Shown: positions 16,602 to 36,131 of the stretch, piece by piece | Position numbering within the stretch: the first letter of the stretch is position 1 | Layout: every line of letters begins with the position of its first letter | NCBI RefSeq assembly: GCF_009914755.1 | Contig: NC_060936.1 | DNA: 64,000 nt | DNA from: the human T2T-CHM13v2.0 reference genome, Homo sapiens | Direction: 5' to 3' (one strand) | Program-made: the position numbers and the translations under genes | The notes under the pieces: generated by a model | Databases searched by the model: none | Told to the model about the DNA's origin: nothing | The model's input: the letters and a program-made list of their open reading frames with translations, nothing else

Positions 16602-17400
16602 GTATAATAAATGGCACAAAATACCCATTTGCCTCACAATCTTTTTGTGGAGGAGTAAATTATTTCAAAACATTGCATCTGAAAAGTCCCTAGAGAACTT
16701 TGCATTTCTCAATGTTTTGCAGAAAATCTTTTGTTTGACCTCAAAATCTCAGTGGTAATTTCAGGTGAAAATCAGAATAGAGAGCAATGTGATACGTGAT
16801 ATATTCATCTGCATGACTACGAGCTGGTCACTGATTTCTCTGGCTGGTCGCTGATTTCTCTGGCTCTCGGCACATATCATTCACTAGGAGGTAAATAGAG
16901 AACACTGCTTTGGATGCCTCTCCGTGAAGTGAGGCAAGATAATACTATTTATTACCAGTCAGAAGTCAGCTTGCTTCATGTCCTCAGAATGCTGCCTGAG
17001 GTCCTGCTCTGTGTCTTCACCTTCTTGTTTGCCTGGAGAGATTCCAGCTACAGGCCATTCACACAATGAAATGCCTTTGATTTCTATTCCAGAGTATTGG
17101 GACATGCGTGTTTGCTGGGCAGTAAACATAGTTTTCACAGTTATAGTCATATTTTCCAATGCTGCAAGAAAGACCATTTATGATTTTAGCACCAAAAACC
17201 CAAGAAGATTGTTTTCTTTTTTTTTTTTTGAAGATTGTTTTCTTATTAGCCTTATTAGCAAAAAGAAAAAAAAAGAAAGAATAGAAAAAACCCTTACAAA
17301 ATATTGGCCAGTTCAGGTGAAGCAATAAAGATGTTTGAGGGAAAATGATTCTAATCGTTTTAAAGCTAAAGCTGAGGAATTGGGCTATCTAAATGTAGCT

Positions 17401-18018
17401 TTAGGATTGCCATCGGTTGCACGAGCTTGCTTTCTGTTTGTGAAGGAGAACTTGCCTGTTGAAGAAATGCGGCACACAAGCTGTAATATAACAGGAAAGG
17501 AAGGCTTTTTGTGCCAAGAAATCACTCACGTGAGCTGGGATCCTTTTAACAAATCTGGTGGCAAGCTCTTTCTGAAAGCTTGAATGAAGAAGGAGATAAT
17601 CTAAAATTGTGTTCATGGCAACCACCCTCAGCCTTTCATATGGAGTTTGCAGGGCCTGTCTGAAGCACATATTCAGCCCTTGCCGTTCAGCTTTTGTGCA
17701 GCCAAATGGTGCACAAAGACGGCTTCTCTGGCTAATTGGAATAGCTTCCAGTGGGTGGTGATGGTTTTTACATTTATAGCAAGTTCTAGATCTGACTAGA
17801 GATACAGCACACCCCCAAAAATGAGCCATCGGTACTTCTGGGGTGGAGTTAACCAACCAGTGCCTCTCAGAGTAAGGTTCAAGTTCAGACCTGCAAGGGC
17901 ATACAGTTCCAGGAGGGGAACAAGCTCCTTCAGAGTTGTTTCTTCCCCCTATAACCAAGGACTGAACTTTTTCCTCTATCACATTTGGCTCCATAATTTT
18001 CTTAAGTAGTGGCCCCAT
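17401..18018 (-). CDS. Uncharacterised 205-codon ORF in non-repetitive DNA (coding status unproven)
   Basis: ATG at 18018 directly after tttgcag; open to the stop at 17401; no recognisable domain. Confidence 0.15.
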   Translation of the reverse strand: MGPLLKKIMEPNVIEEKVQSLVIGGRNNSEGACSPPGTVCPCRSELEPYSERHWLVNSTPEVPMAHFWGCAVSLVRSRTCYKCKNHHHPLEAIPISQRSRLCAPFGCTKAERQGLNMCFRQALQTPYERLRVVAMNTILDYLLLHSSFQKELATRFVKRIPAHVSDFLAQKAFLSCYITACVPHFFNRQVLLHKQKASSCNRWQS

Positions 18019-18580
18019 CTGCAAATAATGTTTTACTTAGGATATTTTTATGTTGCTGAAAACTCAAAAGCTTTCAGCCTTCAACTCCCTGAGCCTGGGT
18101 AAAACTCCACCCTTCTTCATATTTGTAAGTCTGTTTTCTCATCCTGTTAACATTCCTCTTTGAAAGGGAAACACACTGTTTCCATCTCAGGCCTGCATAC
18201 TTGACCTTCCATATCACTGATGATTTGAGAAATAAAAAAGGAATTGCTGCCCCTGCATTCTTTTCCCAATTTGAGTCCTTTCTCAGTGAGGTCCCTTTGA
18301 CCTTGACCTCTGGAGAGAATTCAACAAAGGCAAGAACTGGGCCAAGAATTAAGTTGGATGAGACTTCTGAATAGTGTCCAAAACACTATACTGGGGCTTC
18401 TAACATCCTGAATAAGGACCAAAATGACCCCTAAAATTTACTGTCCTCAGCAGCACAAGCATGACAGGAAATATGGGGGTTGTTACTACTTTTTTCTTCC
18501 TTTTAAATAAGTATAATATCCCAGGGTAAAAAAAAGTATTGTTTTGTTCATATAGAAAGTAGTAGACATAAATCCTCCAT

Positions 18581-18647
18581 TTCTTCCTCCCTCCCTCCCT
18601 CCCTCCCTTCTTTCTTTCCCTCCCTCCCTCCTTTCTTCCTTTTTTCC
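18581..18647. repeat. CT-rich simple repeat
   Basis: (CCTC)n/(CTTT) runs. Confidence 0.9.
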
Positions 18648-18942
18648 TGAAGCAACAGAACAGTTTGGTTTGAAGTTTGCTTTTGCCATCATGAAAGGCA
18701 GAATTTAGCTCTTCATCTGAATAAATAATACATAATTTTAGATTTATGATAAATTCTAGACCTGTCTAGGATAAAAAATATATTTTTATTTAAATATGAA
18801 AGGCAATCTCTTGAGAGCATTATGTGGGAACCATGCTATTTAAATATCTTTATGCTGGAAAGAATGTCTTCTTAAATAATTCTAAGCTTCCACCTGGAGA
18901 ATGAAGCCTTGTCACAGGGTCAAGAGAAAAATACTGAACTAG

Positions 18943-19451
<509 letters not shown>

Positions 19452-19546
19452 TCAAATTTTCTTTGTTGTCTTGGGCAAGTCATTTTCTCTCCCTTTACAC
19501 CTTAGCGAACTGATAGGTAAAATGAGGTGGTGGAACTAAGGCAGTG

Positions 19547-19888
19547 TATTTATTTATCTATTTTGAAATTTCCATTTTTATTTTAGGTTCAGAAGGTGTA
19601 CCTGCAGGTCTGTTACATGGGCATATTGTGTGATGCTGTGATTTGAACTTCTATTGATCCCTTCCCAGAGATAGTGAACGTAGTACTCAATAAGAAGGTT
19701 CTCAGCTCTTGGCTCCCTCCCTTCTTCCCTTCCTCCTTTTAGAGTCCCCAGTGACTATAGTTCTCATCTTTATGGCCATGTATGCCAAAGATGTAGCTCC
19801 CGCCTGTAAGTGAGAGCATGCGGTATTTGGTTTTCTGTTTCTGTGGGAATTGGCTTAGGATATGGCCTCCAGCTGCATCCATCTTGCT
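19547..19888 (-). mobile_element. 5'-truncated L1PA15/16-like 3' end
   Basis: L1 3'UTR motifs; TSD ctaaggcagtg at 19536-19546 and 19889-19899. Confidence 0.88.
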
Positions 19889-20098
19889 CTAAGGCAGTGA
19901 ACTTAAGTTCTCTTTTTTAATTTTATTTTTTCCATCGTGATGTCCTTTTGTCAAATGCAATTTTACGTAAACTCTAGTATGTAACAGATTAAAACTATAT
20001 TTTATTAGATAATTTATGAATTCACAATTATAATCTTTATCCAAAAGTTATGCAATGAGAACAGAGGCTGTTTTGGTGTTCATAAACAATTGAAATGG

Positions 20099-20800
<702 letters not shown>

Positions 20801-21144
20801 ACAGTAAGAGTTATAGATAACGACTGCAGTGTTATACTAACATTATTATCTAACTTATTTTTGTATTTTGTTTGGTGGTACCATATGGAGAAAAATTTTG
20901 GCCCACACAGATAATTAATTAAAAATGGTAGTTTTTTTTTTTTTAAACATTTAACCATGTCACTTTGCAATCTCAATTTCAATTCCTTCAGTCAAACTGA
21001 TCCAGAAGTCTGAAAGAACAACATTAGGGAATTTATATACCAGTGTTAAATTACTGACAATATCCTTAAAAACACTCACCTTCCTTACTGGGGAGTATTC
21101 ACTTTTTAAAAGGAGCTGATGAATGGACTCCCGGGGAAGCTTAA

Positions 21145-21516
<372 letters not shown>

Positions 21517-21711
21517 TGAAAACATCTTGTTAGTGGCATGTTCTGTCAGATGTTCCCTTGAGATTTCAAAAGAGTAATAATAGTTTTGTATTTTAGTGTA
21601 AACTTGGTTTCAGCTGTGTTGCTAACACATTCCTGCTGTTGTGAGCAGTGATGTGGAAACCATGTACCACTGAATTAAAAGTAGCATCTAGGTACTTTAC
21701 CTCGTACAGCT

Positions 21712-22260
21712 ATGTTCCAGAGATGTTTACTTACTGGAGTTTTTTTAAAAACAAAAATGTTATTTATATTTTTATTGGAAATATCTGTACCAGAACCTTG
21801 TCTTGAAAGTATTAAAAACTTCAATGTTAAAACATACATTCTAGAACTGACCATCCTTATTAGTATAAATAACTCTGAAAGGTGCTCAGTTTACAGGCAA
21901 TGCCTTAATACGGTTAACAATTATGAAGCTTTACCCAACATCTTTCAAAATATTGCAGAGAAAACTATTAAGCACAAATACAATGACCACGAGCGTATTT
22001 CAGCAACTGCTTTATCTGAGCAACTCTTTTCACTCCACCAGAATAGACTTGGTTACATTTTCAACAGGTTACTCAATGGCGTATTAAAACTGAATGTAAA
22101 CACTTTTTCCCCCTCCAGTTGTATTTTAAATAATAACTCTTCTTTATGCTCATTTGTGTGGCTAAATATAAAAACAAGCAAAATACAGAGATCGGCAAAT
22201 CCACATTTTCATCCAGGTGAAGTGAAATTTAAATTTTATTTATTTTTTGGAAAAATTTAG
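21712..22260 (+). CDS. Uncharacterised 182-aa ORF in AT-rich unique DNA (coding status unproven)
   Basis: True ATG start and no stops over 182 codons despite high AT content; no recognisable domain. Confidence 0.15.
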   Translation: MFQRCLLTGVFLKTKMLFIFLLEISVPEPCLESIKNFNVKTYILELTILISINNSERCSVYRQCLNTVNNYEALPNIFQNIAEKTIKHKYNDHERISATALSEQLFSLHQNRLGYIFNRLLNGVLKLNVNTFSPSSCILNNNSSLCSFVWLNIKTSKIQRSANPHFHPGEVKFKFYLFFGKI

Positions 22261-22288
22261 GTTTTAAAGGAATTTATTAGATACATAT

Positions 22289-23029
<741 letters not shown>

Positions 23030-23607
23030 TAGTTTTCTGGCACCAAGGATGCTGGGTGACTTGCACCTGTCCCACCTTAAATGCCAATAGGGCTTGGACT
23101 TTATCAGAAAATGAGACTAATTATGTTTTTGTAAATGCCTGTTTATTTAACATAGCCCAGACCTTAATAAGCTCTTTTTGATAGAATAAAGAGCTTTCAT
23201 TTTCACATTTAAATTTTGTTCATATAAAATTTTTTCGATAACTCTAAGTAGTTCAATTAGGCAGGAACATCTGAGTTACTTACTTTTGAACTTACTGTGT
23301 TTTGTTTGAAAATCATGTAATTTGGGAGGACTCTGGAACTGTTGTGTAAGATTTCACTGCATGAAATACAAGTTGAGCAGTTTTAGTCACACTAAAAATG
23401 AAACTGGGTGACAGATCATTCCCACTGTACTTTCTTACCTTCAAAAGATTTTCTGTGAAACTTAGAGGCACTTGCTCTCTTATCATATGCTGTGTTAGAG
23501 CGGTGTGGTTGGCCAGTAATTGAGTAACAATGCCAGATTGGCATTTTTCATCAGGAGGTGCAGTCTTGTTTTATTTATCATCATATTTCCTCATTAAGTT
23601 TAATTTT

Positions 23608-23912
<305 letters not shown>

Positions 23913-24082
23913 AAGTTTAATTTTTACACCAATGATTCATTTCTGCTTTTACAGGTGATTACTTTATCTCACTAGAAAAAAAAATGTAAAAATCTAAACA
24001 AAAAGTGTCCAAAACTTACAATAAGCCTTAATCTCGAATAATTACCATGACATGTGTTACTTGTGTGCTTATTGCTGTACAG

Positions 24083-24172
24083 CCTTCTTTGGCTTTCTGA
24101 CAAGAGCAACTGCTGAGCAGAAGCACTTCAGCCTCGTCTGGCATTTGATGAATTTGATTAATGTGTGCTATG
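24083..24172 (+). other. Candidate internal exon (90 nt; alternative acceptor at 23954)
   Basis: ctgtacag|CCTTC...CTATG|gtaagt, a consensus donor; one open frame (FFGFLTRATAEQKHFSLVWHLMNLINVCY). Confidence 0.4.
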
Positions 24173-24516
24173 GTAAGTCTATTCCCCTGTATAATTTTAT
24201 GGGAGAGGCCATGTGCAAGTCTGAATTTAAAAAAAAGAAAAGAAAAAGCCTTGTGCAGAATTATTACCTACTCAATACATTATATATATGCCAGAGATGG
24301 CTAAAGCAGCTATATGTCAAGGTCTGCAAAAACATGAAGAAGCTGGCATGGAAATTAACACGTTGGTGGTCTGCAATGTGTTCAAAGTTGGTGTTTTTAA
24401 TGACACTTAAAAATAGTTAAAATATGTAATGGCTGATTTCTGACCAGACTAAACTCTCAGCCTGTCTAATGTTAGGCAGCTTGATCTAATCAATCTCATC
24501 CTTTTCTTTTCCTCAG

Positions 24517-24843
24517 TCCAATCTTGCAATTGCTATGTCAGTTTCAGTTCACAATAATACCAGTGCAGACATGGCTCCTTAAGATTTTCTCCTTTTCCCT
24601 CACGCGGGTCCCAATTCTAAATTCCCAAGGGCTGACATGATTGACATTTGCCATAGCCTGAGGAGGGAGCATTTCCTTTTGTGGTCTTTCCTTGGTTTGT
24701 TTTATTGGTCAGTGAATGGCAAGTCTGTCTGTGTTTCTTTGCTTCACCCCAAACACCTTGGCAAAAATGAAAGCCTTCTAATTTAGCTGTGTCCTCCTTT
24801 ACTTATGTCAGGAAGCCTGAGCCATAACCTTTGATTAAAAAAA

Positions 24844-24860
<17 letters not shown>
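24517..24860 (+). other. Candidate terminal exon
   Basis: Branch-like ctaat near 24486, strong pyrimidine tract ccttttcttttcctcag|, ATTAAA at 24834-24839 followed by a U-rich tract. Confidence 0.45.
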
Positions 24861-25511
<651 letters not shown>

Positions 25512-25519
25512 TTTTAAAA

Positions 25520-29085
<3,566 letters not shown>

Positions 29086-29505
29086 TTTATTTATTTTTAA
29101 TTATTTATCAATTTTTTTTATTTCCACAGGTTTTTGGGGAACAGGTGACATTTGGTTACATGAGTAAGTTCTTTAGTGGTGATTTGTGAGATTTTGGTGC
29201 ACCCATCACCCGAACGTATACACTGAACCCAATTTGTAGTCTTTTATTCCTCACCCGCTTTCCACCCTTTCCTCCTGAGTCCCCAAAGTTCACTGTGTTA
29301 TTCTTACACCTTTGCATCCTCATAACTTAGCTCTCACTTGTGAGTGAGAATGTATGATGTTTAGTTTTCCATTCCCGAGTTACTTCACTTAGATTAATAG
29401 TCTCCAATCTATCCAGGTTGCTATGAATGCTGTTAATTTGTTCCTTTTTATGGTTGAGTAGTATTCCATTGTGTATATATATATACACCACAGTTTCTTT
29501 ATCCA
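29086..29505 (-). mobile_element. L1PB-type 3' end
   Basis: ggtttttggggaacaggtgacatttggttacatgagtaagttctttagtggtgatttgtgag. Confidence 0.88.
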
Positions 29506-29925
29506 TGCTAAAAATGTGTGTGCCAATCAATGAAAAATTTGTAGCTGAAAAAGACTACAAAAACAAGAGCTCAGGCCCTCTTGCCTCCCCCTCCGCCCAA
29601 AACAATGAGAACTTACAATTTAAACTCACAAAGCTTATGAAACCTATTACTAATGAGACAGGAAACATAGAGAATCTTGAGAAAAACATAGCTCAAGGTA
29701 GAAAAGGCCTTACTTTCATACATAATATTAATCCTGGCAATAGAAGGGGAACAAAAGATTGCAGCACTAAAATTAAGAGAAAATCCAACATGAAATTAAA
29801 CTTTATTAAATAAATAAATCAAGATAATGAGGAAAAGTTTATTGGTACCCCTTTCAGTAATACCAGATAGTTTATTTTTTTGAGAATAACTAGAAAACTA
29901 GACAGAGTGAAAAGAAAGTATGCTT

Positions 29926-30227
29926 GGCTGGGCCTGGTTGCTCACACTTGTTAATCTCAGCACTTTGGGAGGCTAAGGCAGGCAGATCACTTGAGGTCAA
30001 GAGTTCCAGACCAGCCTGGCCAACATGGCGAAACCCCGTGTCTACTAAAAATACAAAAATTAGCTGGGTATGGTGGTGCATGCCTGTATTTCCAGCTACT
30101 CAGGAGACAGAGGCATGAGAATCGGCTGAACCCAAGACGTGGAGGTTGCAGTGAGCCCAGATCACGCCACTGCACTCCAGCCTGAGTAATGGAGTGAGAC
30201 TCTGTCTAAAAAAAAAAAAAAAAAAAG
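29926..30227 (+). mobile_element. AluS
   Basis: 16-bp TSD gaaaagaaagtatgct at 29909-29924 and 30228-30243. Confidence 0.95.
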
Positions 30228-30369
30228 GAAAAGAAAGTATGCTGGATAGCAATGGAGAGCTAATGAGGCAGTAAAGGAATTATGGGACCAAGATTCAGGA
30301 AAAGGAAATTCAAAGAGCTGAACCCAACATTGCAACATTGGGAAATATTTTTTCCCTGAAAGCATCAGT

Positions 30370-32050
30370 GGATTCCAGAAGGGACAGCTGAGAGGCTAAA
30401 CAGAGAATGGACTCTCTTGTGAGGGTGGTGGGACACAAATTGCAGTCCAGATCCACTGAGGGGGATGCCCCCGGAAGCTTTGAGTTAGAGCCTAAAGAGC
30501 TACACAGGAAGACTAAGGTCCAACCAGAAGTGGAACAGTTCTCGTAGAGAATGAAGCCCAGGTTTTAATAATCTCAATTTCTGATAAATTAATGTGATTA
30601 GGTATTGCTATTGTCCATAGCCTTATGTCTATGGCAAATGTAAAATTTTCTTTGGGGGAAGATAAAATTATTTTAAGTCTTAAATAATTTTTGCAGTTTT
30701 GTACATATACAATGTTTTGCACTTAATCACAAATAACTGGTAGACGCACAGAAGGCAAGACAATGTGAGTGAGAAACAAGAGAAGCAATAGACAATATCA
30801 CTGGGCTCACAGGGGATTCATATAATGGATGTACATATTTAATATACATATTTAAAACTATGGTAATTATGCTAAATAAGTAAAAGACAATTCAAGAACT
30901 TTGACAGAAAGCTGAAAAATATTTAAAAAGAACAAAATAGAAAATCTAGAAATAAAAAAATAACCGAAATTAAGAACTTAATCGATGGATTTAGTAACAA
31001 ATTAATTATAGCTGAAGAGGAAATTAGTAAATTATAAGGTAAGTCAGAAACAATTACCCAGAATTATGTACAGAAGGAATAAAAGATGGAAAAATGTGTA
31101 TGAACAAAAGATACATAAGGAATAAAAAGATACATAAGGAATACAGTGAGATGATGTAACATGAATATTCTCTTTCTCTTTTCCATTTCGCTATTACATA
31201 CAGTTGTCCTGAAGCTAGGAACTTATCCACAGGGCAAAAATTGGAGAATGCTTCTCTAACACAGTTGAAAGAATGATCCAGTGAGAATTAGGTTAGTTAA
31301 TATTTATGCTAACCCCTTTTTAATAAGTCGTCTGTAATTAGATAAGTGTTAAGTATTTAAAGAAAATTCATAAAAAATTAGAAGTGATATGCTTATCCTA
31401 ATGTGAGTGAGAATCTTTTTTCCTTTAGGTGCACAGGTAAGGCTTCTGTGCAACGAAAGTAAAAGAAACAAAATGGCAAATATATGTAATAAATGATTAA
31501 GACCTAATATAAAAATATTTATGGAGAAAAATATTAAGGAAAGCATTAAGTTAATGGAAAAATGGACAATGGTTATGGTAGTAGAGAAAGATTCCATAAA
31601 ACAACTTACAAATATTAATCTAAAATTTAAAAATTGGTAAAAAAACCAAACTAAGAATGATATAAACAAAAATGAGGAATTCAATATTGACAAGATGTTG
31701 GAGACACTGGCAATATTCCCTTTTTCTGGAGGCACTGTAAATCCCTTCACTCTTTTTCAAAAGTGACTTGGCAATAAATAATGAACCACAGAATTGTAGA
31801 TTTTTTTCCCTCCAGTAATCATAATTCTAATAATTTTTCCTGTAGTTATAATTGCAAGGAACAAATAAGCTATGTTTAGAGAGATTATCTTAACATCTCT
31901 ATTTATTATAGGAAGAGAACCTATATTAATAAGGGAGAAAATAAAGCAATTTGCATTTTTCTAATTTAACTATTTTGCAATCATGAGAAAAATTAGTTAT
32001 AAAGAATGAGAGTATATGTGTATGTATATAGCAAAATAATGTTAAAAGTT
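30370..32050 (+). mobile_element. Ancient L1ME-like ORF1 and 3' fragments
   Basis: A-rich degenerate ORF1-like tract (gaaattaagaacttaatcgatggatttagtaac...gctgaagaggaaattagtaaa). Confidence 0.55.
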
Positions 32051-32069
32051 TTATCAACAAATACTGTTT

Positions 32070-32830
32070 ATGTAAAACAAGTTCTTTCTTTATCCCAGGG
32101 TGTCTGGGATTCTTTGGTGTGGTTTCTTAGGAAAAGGGCCCTGTAAATAAAAGTGGCAAGTTGTCTGACAGCCATATACATTGCATATAAAGATGGGACA
32201 GAGGTAGGATAACCACACTGGACAATCCTGTTTAAAAGGGGTAAGAAAGGAGGCAAGTAGCTGTTATTGGTCTATAGCAGTTTTGAAATCAAGCTGGGCA
32301 CATGTCACCATTTCTACTTACTCTGGGAAGAGGGAATACTCACTCATTCTTGCTCCTTTAGAGTGGTTCCCTGTGGCTCTTGGGTCTTCCTTCAGAGTTG
32401 TGGGTCAAACTTCTGAGTCACACTTACTTTTTCATTAAGAAATGGCTTGTGCTTGCATCTGAGTAGCATTCTCAGCTTGATTTCTTTTTGAGATCTCTTT
32501 TTCATTTTGAACTGTCTTTGACCCATTTAGCCTAAGCTTTTGAAAAACTTTGTAGGCTTCCTGTATATCAAGTTGTGATCTGCTGCTTTAGACAAAAACC
32601 ACAGCTCAGGCATCTCATCAGCAGAAAATTATCTCACTGCAGGAAAGAAACTTATTGGCACTTTTGGGACCAGATGCCTATTCCTTGGCCAATTATTGTA
32701 ATTAAGGGATCAGGTACTTTGTCCATCTTGAGTCCTACAACCTCCTTTTTGTCCAAGGCATGGGCCCCTTGATTGAAAAGCACTACAGATACACATGGAG
32801 TGTAGGAGGAAGGTACAATTTGCAAAATGA
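32070..32830. mobile_element. MLT1 internal/LTR remnant
   Basis: ggtaggataaccacactggacaatcctgtttaaaagggg; ttttgaaatcaagctgggcacatg. Confidence 0.5.
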
Positions 32831-33109
32831 AATGGATATGGGGAAATTAAATTAATAAATGTACATAATTTTAAGCATGGTTGGACTCAGGCCATGCCTT
32901 GTGGCATAAGAGCTGGATTTCTACTTACAGCTGCATAAATTGTTCACCCTAAAATAACACCCTGCCTCGTCAGTGAATGGGGGCTGATGTCCAGCCTGTG
33001 CCTTGCATATTAAAACATAGCATGCCTATAATCCTCCCAGAAGTGTCCCTTTAACTGATACCCACAAATGTCCCATAGTAGCCCTGAATGAAGAACCTCT
33101 GAGACCTCT

Positions 33110-34082
33110 CTTCTGTGTCAGTTTAGTGTATGGTGTAATATAAGAGTTTGATTTTATTCTTTTGCATATATATATGTATATCGTTTCCCAACACCATTCA
33201 TTGAGGAAACTATCTTTTTTCATTGTTTATTATTGGCACCTTTGATGTGATTTCAATCTTCTTAAATTTGTTAAGACTTGTTTTGTGGCCTAATATGTAA
33301 CCTATCCTGGAGAATGTTCAATGTGCCCTTGCAAAGAATGTTCTGTATATGTCTATTAGATTCAGTTGGTCTATAGTGTTGGTCATGTCTGCTATTTCTT
33401 TATTGATTTTTTTTTTTGGTATGGATAATATATCCAATGTTGAAAGTGAGGTATTGAAATTCCTCTGTTTACACTGTTATTGTATTGCTGCCTATTTCTC
33501 CCTTCAGTTCTGATAATGTTTGTTTAATATATTTGAGTGTTGTGGTGTTGGGTGCATATGTGTTTACAGTTATTATATTCACTTGATGAAATGATGCCTT
33601 TATTGTTACATAATACTCTTCTGTGTCTCTTGTAGCAGTATTTGTGTGTCTCTTGCAGCAGTATTTGACTTAAAGTCTATTTTGTCTGATAAAAATATAG
33701 CCACACCTACTCTTTTTGGGTTACCATTTGCATGTAATATCTCTTTCATCTCTCACTTTCAGTCTATGTTTGTGTCCCCTTGAAGTTAAAGTAAGTCTCT
33801 TGTAGGCAACATATAGTTGAATATTTTTCTTCAATCCATTCAGCCAATTAAAAGTACTTTTACATTTAAAGTACTTATTGGTAGGTAAGGACTTACTATT
33901 GTCATTTTGTTAATTGTTTTCTGACTTTTGTAGTCCCTTTCTTAATCTTTTACTGTCTTCCTTTGTGATTTGATAATTTTTTTTGTAGTGTTATGCATTT
34001 ATTCTTTTTTCTTTATCTTTTCTGTATCTATTACAGGTTTTTTCTTTGTGATTACCATGAAGCTTACATAAAACACTTGTAG
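33110..34082 (-). mobile_element. Old L1M ORF2 (endonuclease region) fragment
   Basis: aagacttgttttgtggcctaatatg...ctatcctggagaatgttc; aagtctattttgtctgata. Confidence 0.8.
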
Positions 34083-36125
34083 TTTTTTTTTTTTTACCAT
34101 TTATTTTAGGTTCACAGGTACATATGCAGGTTTTTTTATATAGGTAAACTCATGTTACAGGGTACAGATTATTTTATCACTCAGGTTCTCAGCCTAGTAC
34201 TCAATAGTTATTTTTTGTTGCTGTTGTTCTTCTCCCTCCTACTACCCTTCACTCTTAAATAGGCTCCAGTATCTTTTGTTACACTCTTAGTGTCCATATG
34301 TTCTAATCATTTAGCTCCCACTTATAAATGAGAACATGCAGCATTTGTTTTTCTGTTTCTGCATTAGTTTGCTAAGGACAGTGACCTCCAGCTCCATCCA
34401 TGTTCCAGCAAAGGACATGATCTCATTCATTTTTATGGCTGTGCAGTACTCTATGGTGTATAGGTACCACATTTTCTTTATCCAGCCTACCATTGATGGG
34501 CATTTAGGTTGATTCCATATCTTCGCTATTGTGAATAGTGCTGCGATGAACATACGCGTGCATGTGTCTTTATGATAGAATGATTTATATTCCTTTGGGT
34601 ATATACCCAGCAATGGGATTGCTGGGTCAAATGGTATTTCTGGTTTTAGCTCTTTGAGGACTCACCACACTGCTTTCCACAATAGTCGAACTAATTTACA
34701 CTCCTACCAACAGTGTGTAAGCATTCCTTTTTCTCTGCCACCTTGCCAGCGTCTGTTATTTTTTACTTTTTAGTAATAGCCATTCTGACTGATGTGAGAC
34801 AGTATCTCATTGTGGTTTTGATTTGTATTTCTGTAAGTGATATTGGACTCTTTTTCATATGCTAGTTGGCCACATTTATGTCCTCTTTTGAAAAGTGTCT
34901 GCTTACATCCTTTGCTCACTTTTTAATATGGTTGTTTGTTTTTTCTTTTAAATTTGTTTAAGTTCCTTACAGATGCTGGACATTAGACCTTTGTCAAATG
35001 CATAGTTTTCAAATATTTTCTGTCATTCTATAGGTTGTCTGTTTACTCTGTTGATTGTTTCTTTTGCTGTGAAGAAGCTCTTAAGTTTAATTAGGTCCCG
35101 TTTGTCAATTTTTGTTTTCATTGCAATTGGTTTTGGCATCTTCATCATGAAATCTTTGCCAGGGTCTATGCTCAGACTAGTATTTCCTAGGTTATCTTCC
35201 AGGGTTTTTATAGTTTTGTGTTTTATGTCTAAGTCTTTACTCCATCTAGAATTGATACATCTTATGGTGTAAGAAAGGGGCCCATTTCAATCTTCTGCAT
35301 ATGGTTAGCCTGTTATCCAAGCACTGTTTATTGAATATGGAGTCCTTTCCCCATTGCTTCTTTTTGTCAACTTTGTCAAAGATCAGATGATTGTAGGTGT
35401 GCAACATTATTTCTGGGCTCTCTGTTTTGTCCCTCTGGGCTACGTGTCTGTTTTTGTACCAGTACCATATGGTTTTCGTTACTATATTTTGTAGTGTAGT
35501 TTGAAGCTAGGTAACATAATGCCTTCAGCCTGGTTCTTTTTGCTTAGGATTGCCTTGGGTATTCAGGCTCTTTTTTTGGTTCCATATGAATTTTAAAATA
35601 TATGTATTTTTCTAGTTCTGTGAAGAATGTCATTGGTAGTTTGATAGGTATAACATTTTTGCTATAGACAGTATGGCCATTTTAATGATACTGATTCTCC
35701 CTATCCTTGAGCATGGAATGTTTTTCCATTTGTTAGTGTAATCTCTGATTTCTTTTAGCAGTATTTTGTAATTCTCATTGTAGAGATCTTTCAACTCCCT
35801 GGTTAGCTGTACTCTTAGGTATTTTATTCTTTTTGTGGCTATTGTGAATGGGGCTGTTTTCTTGATTTGGCTCTTACCTTGGTCATTGTTGGTGTATAGA
35901 AGTACTACTGATTTTTGTACATTGGTTTTGTATCCTCAAACTTTGCAGAAGTTGTTTATGAGACCAAAGAACTTTTGGGCAGAGACTATGGGGTTTTTTA
36001 CATGTAGAATCATTTTGACTGCAAACAGAGATAGTTTGACTTCCTGTCTTCCTGTTTGGATGCCTTTTCTTTCTTTCTTTCTTTCTTTCTTTTTTTTTTT
36101 TAATTTGGCTTAAACATTTAGAGGC

Positions 36126-36131
36126 TTTATT
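36126..36131 (-). terminator. AATAAA polyadenylation signal of the transduced flank
   Basis: tttatt on +, 24 nt from the second poly(A) starting at 36101. Confidence 0.8.

Noticed and set aside
16823-16865. 20-bp tandem duplication (similar ones at 31106-31143, ~33620-33667 and 47964-48011)
   Set aside because: Ordinary slippage duplications with two units each; not CRISPR-like or coding
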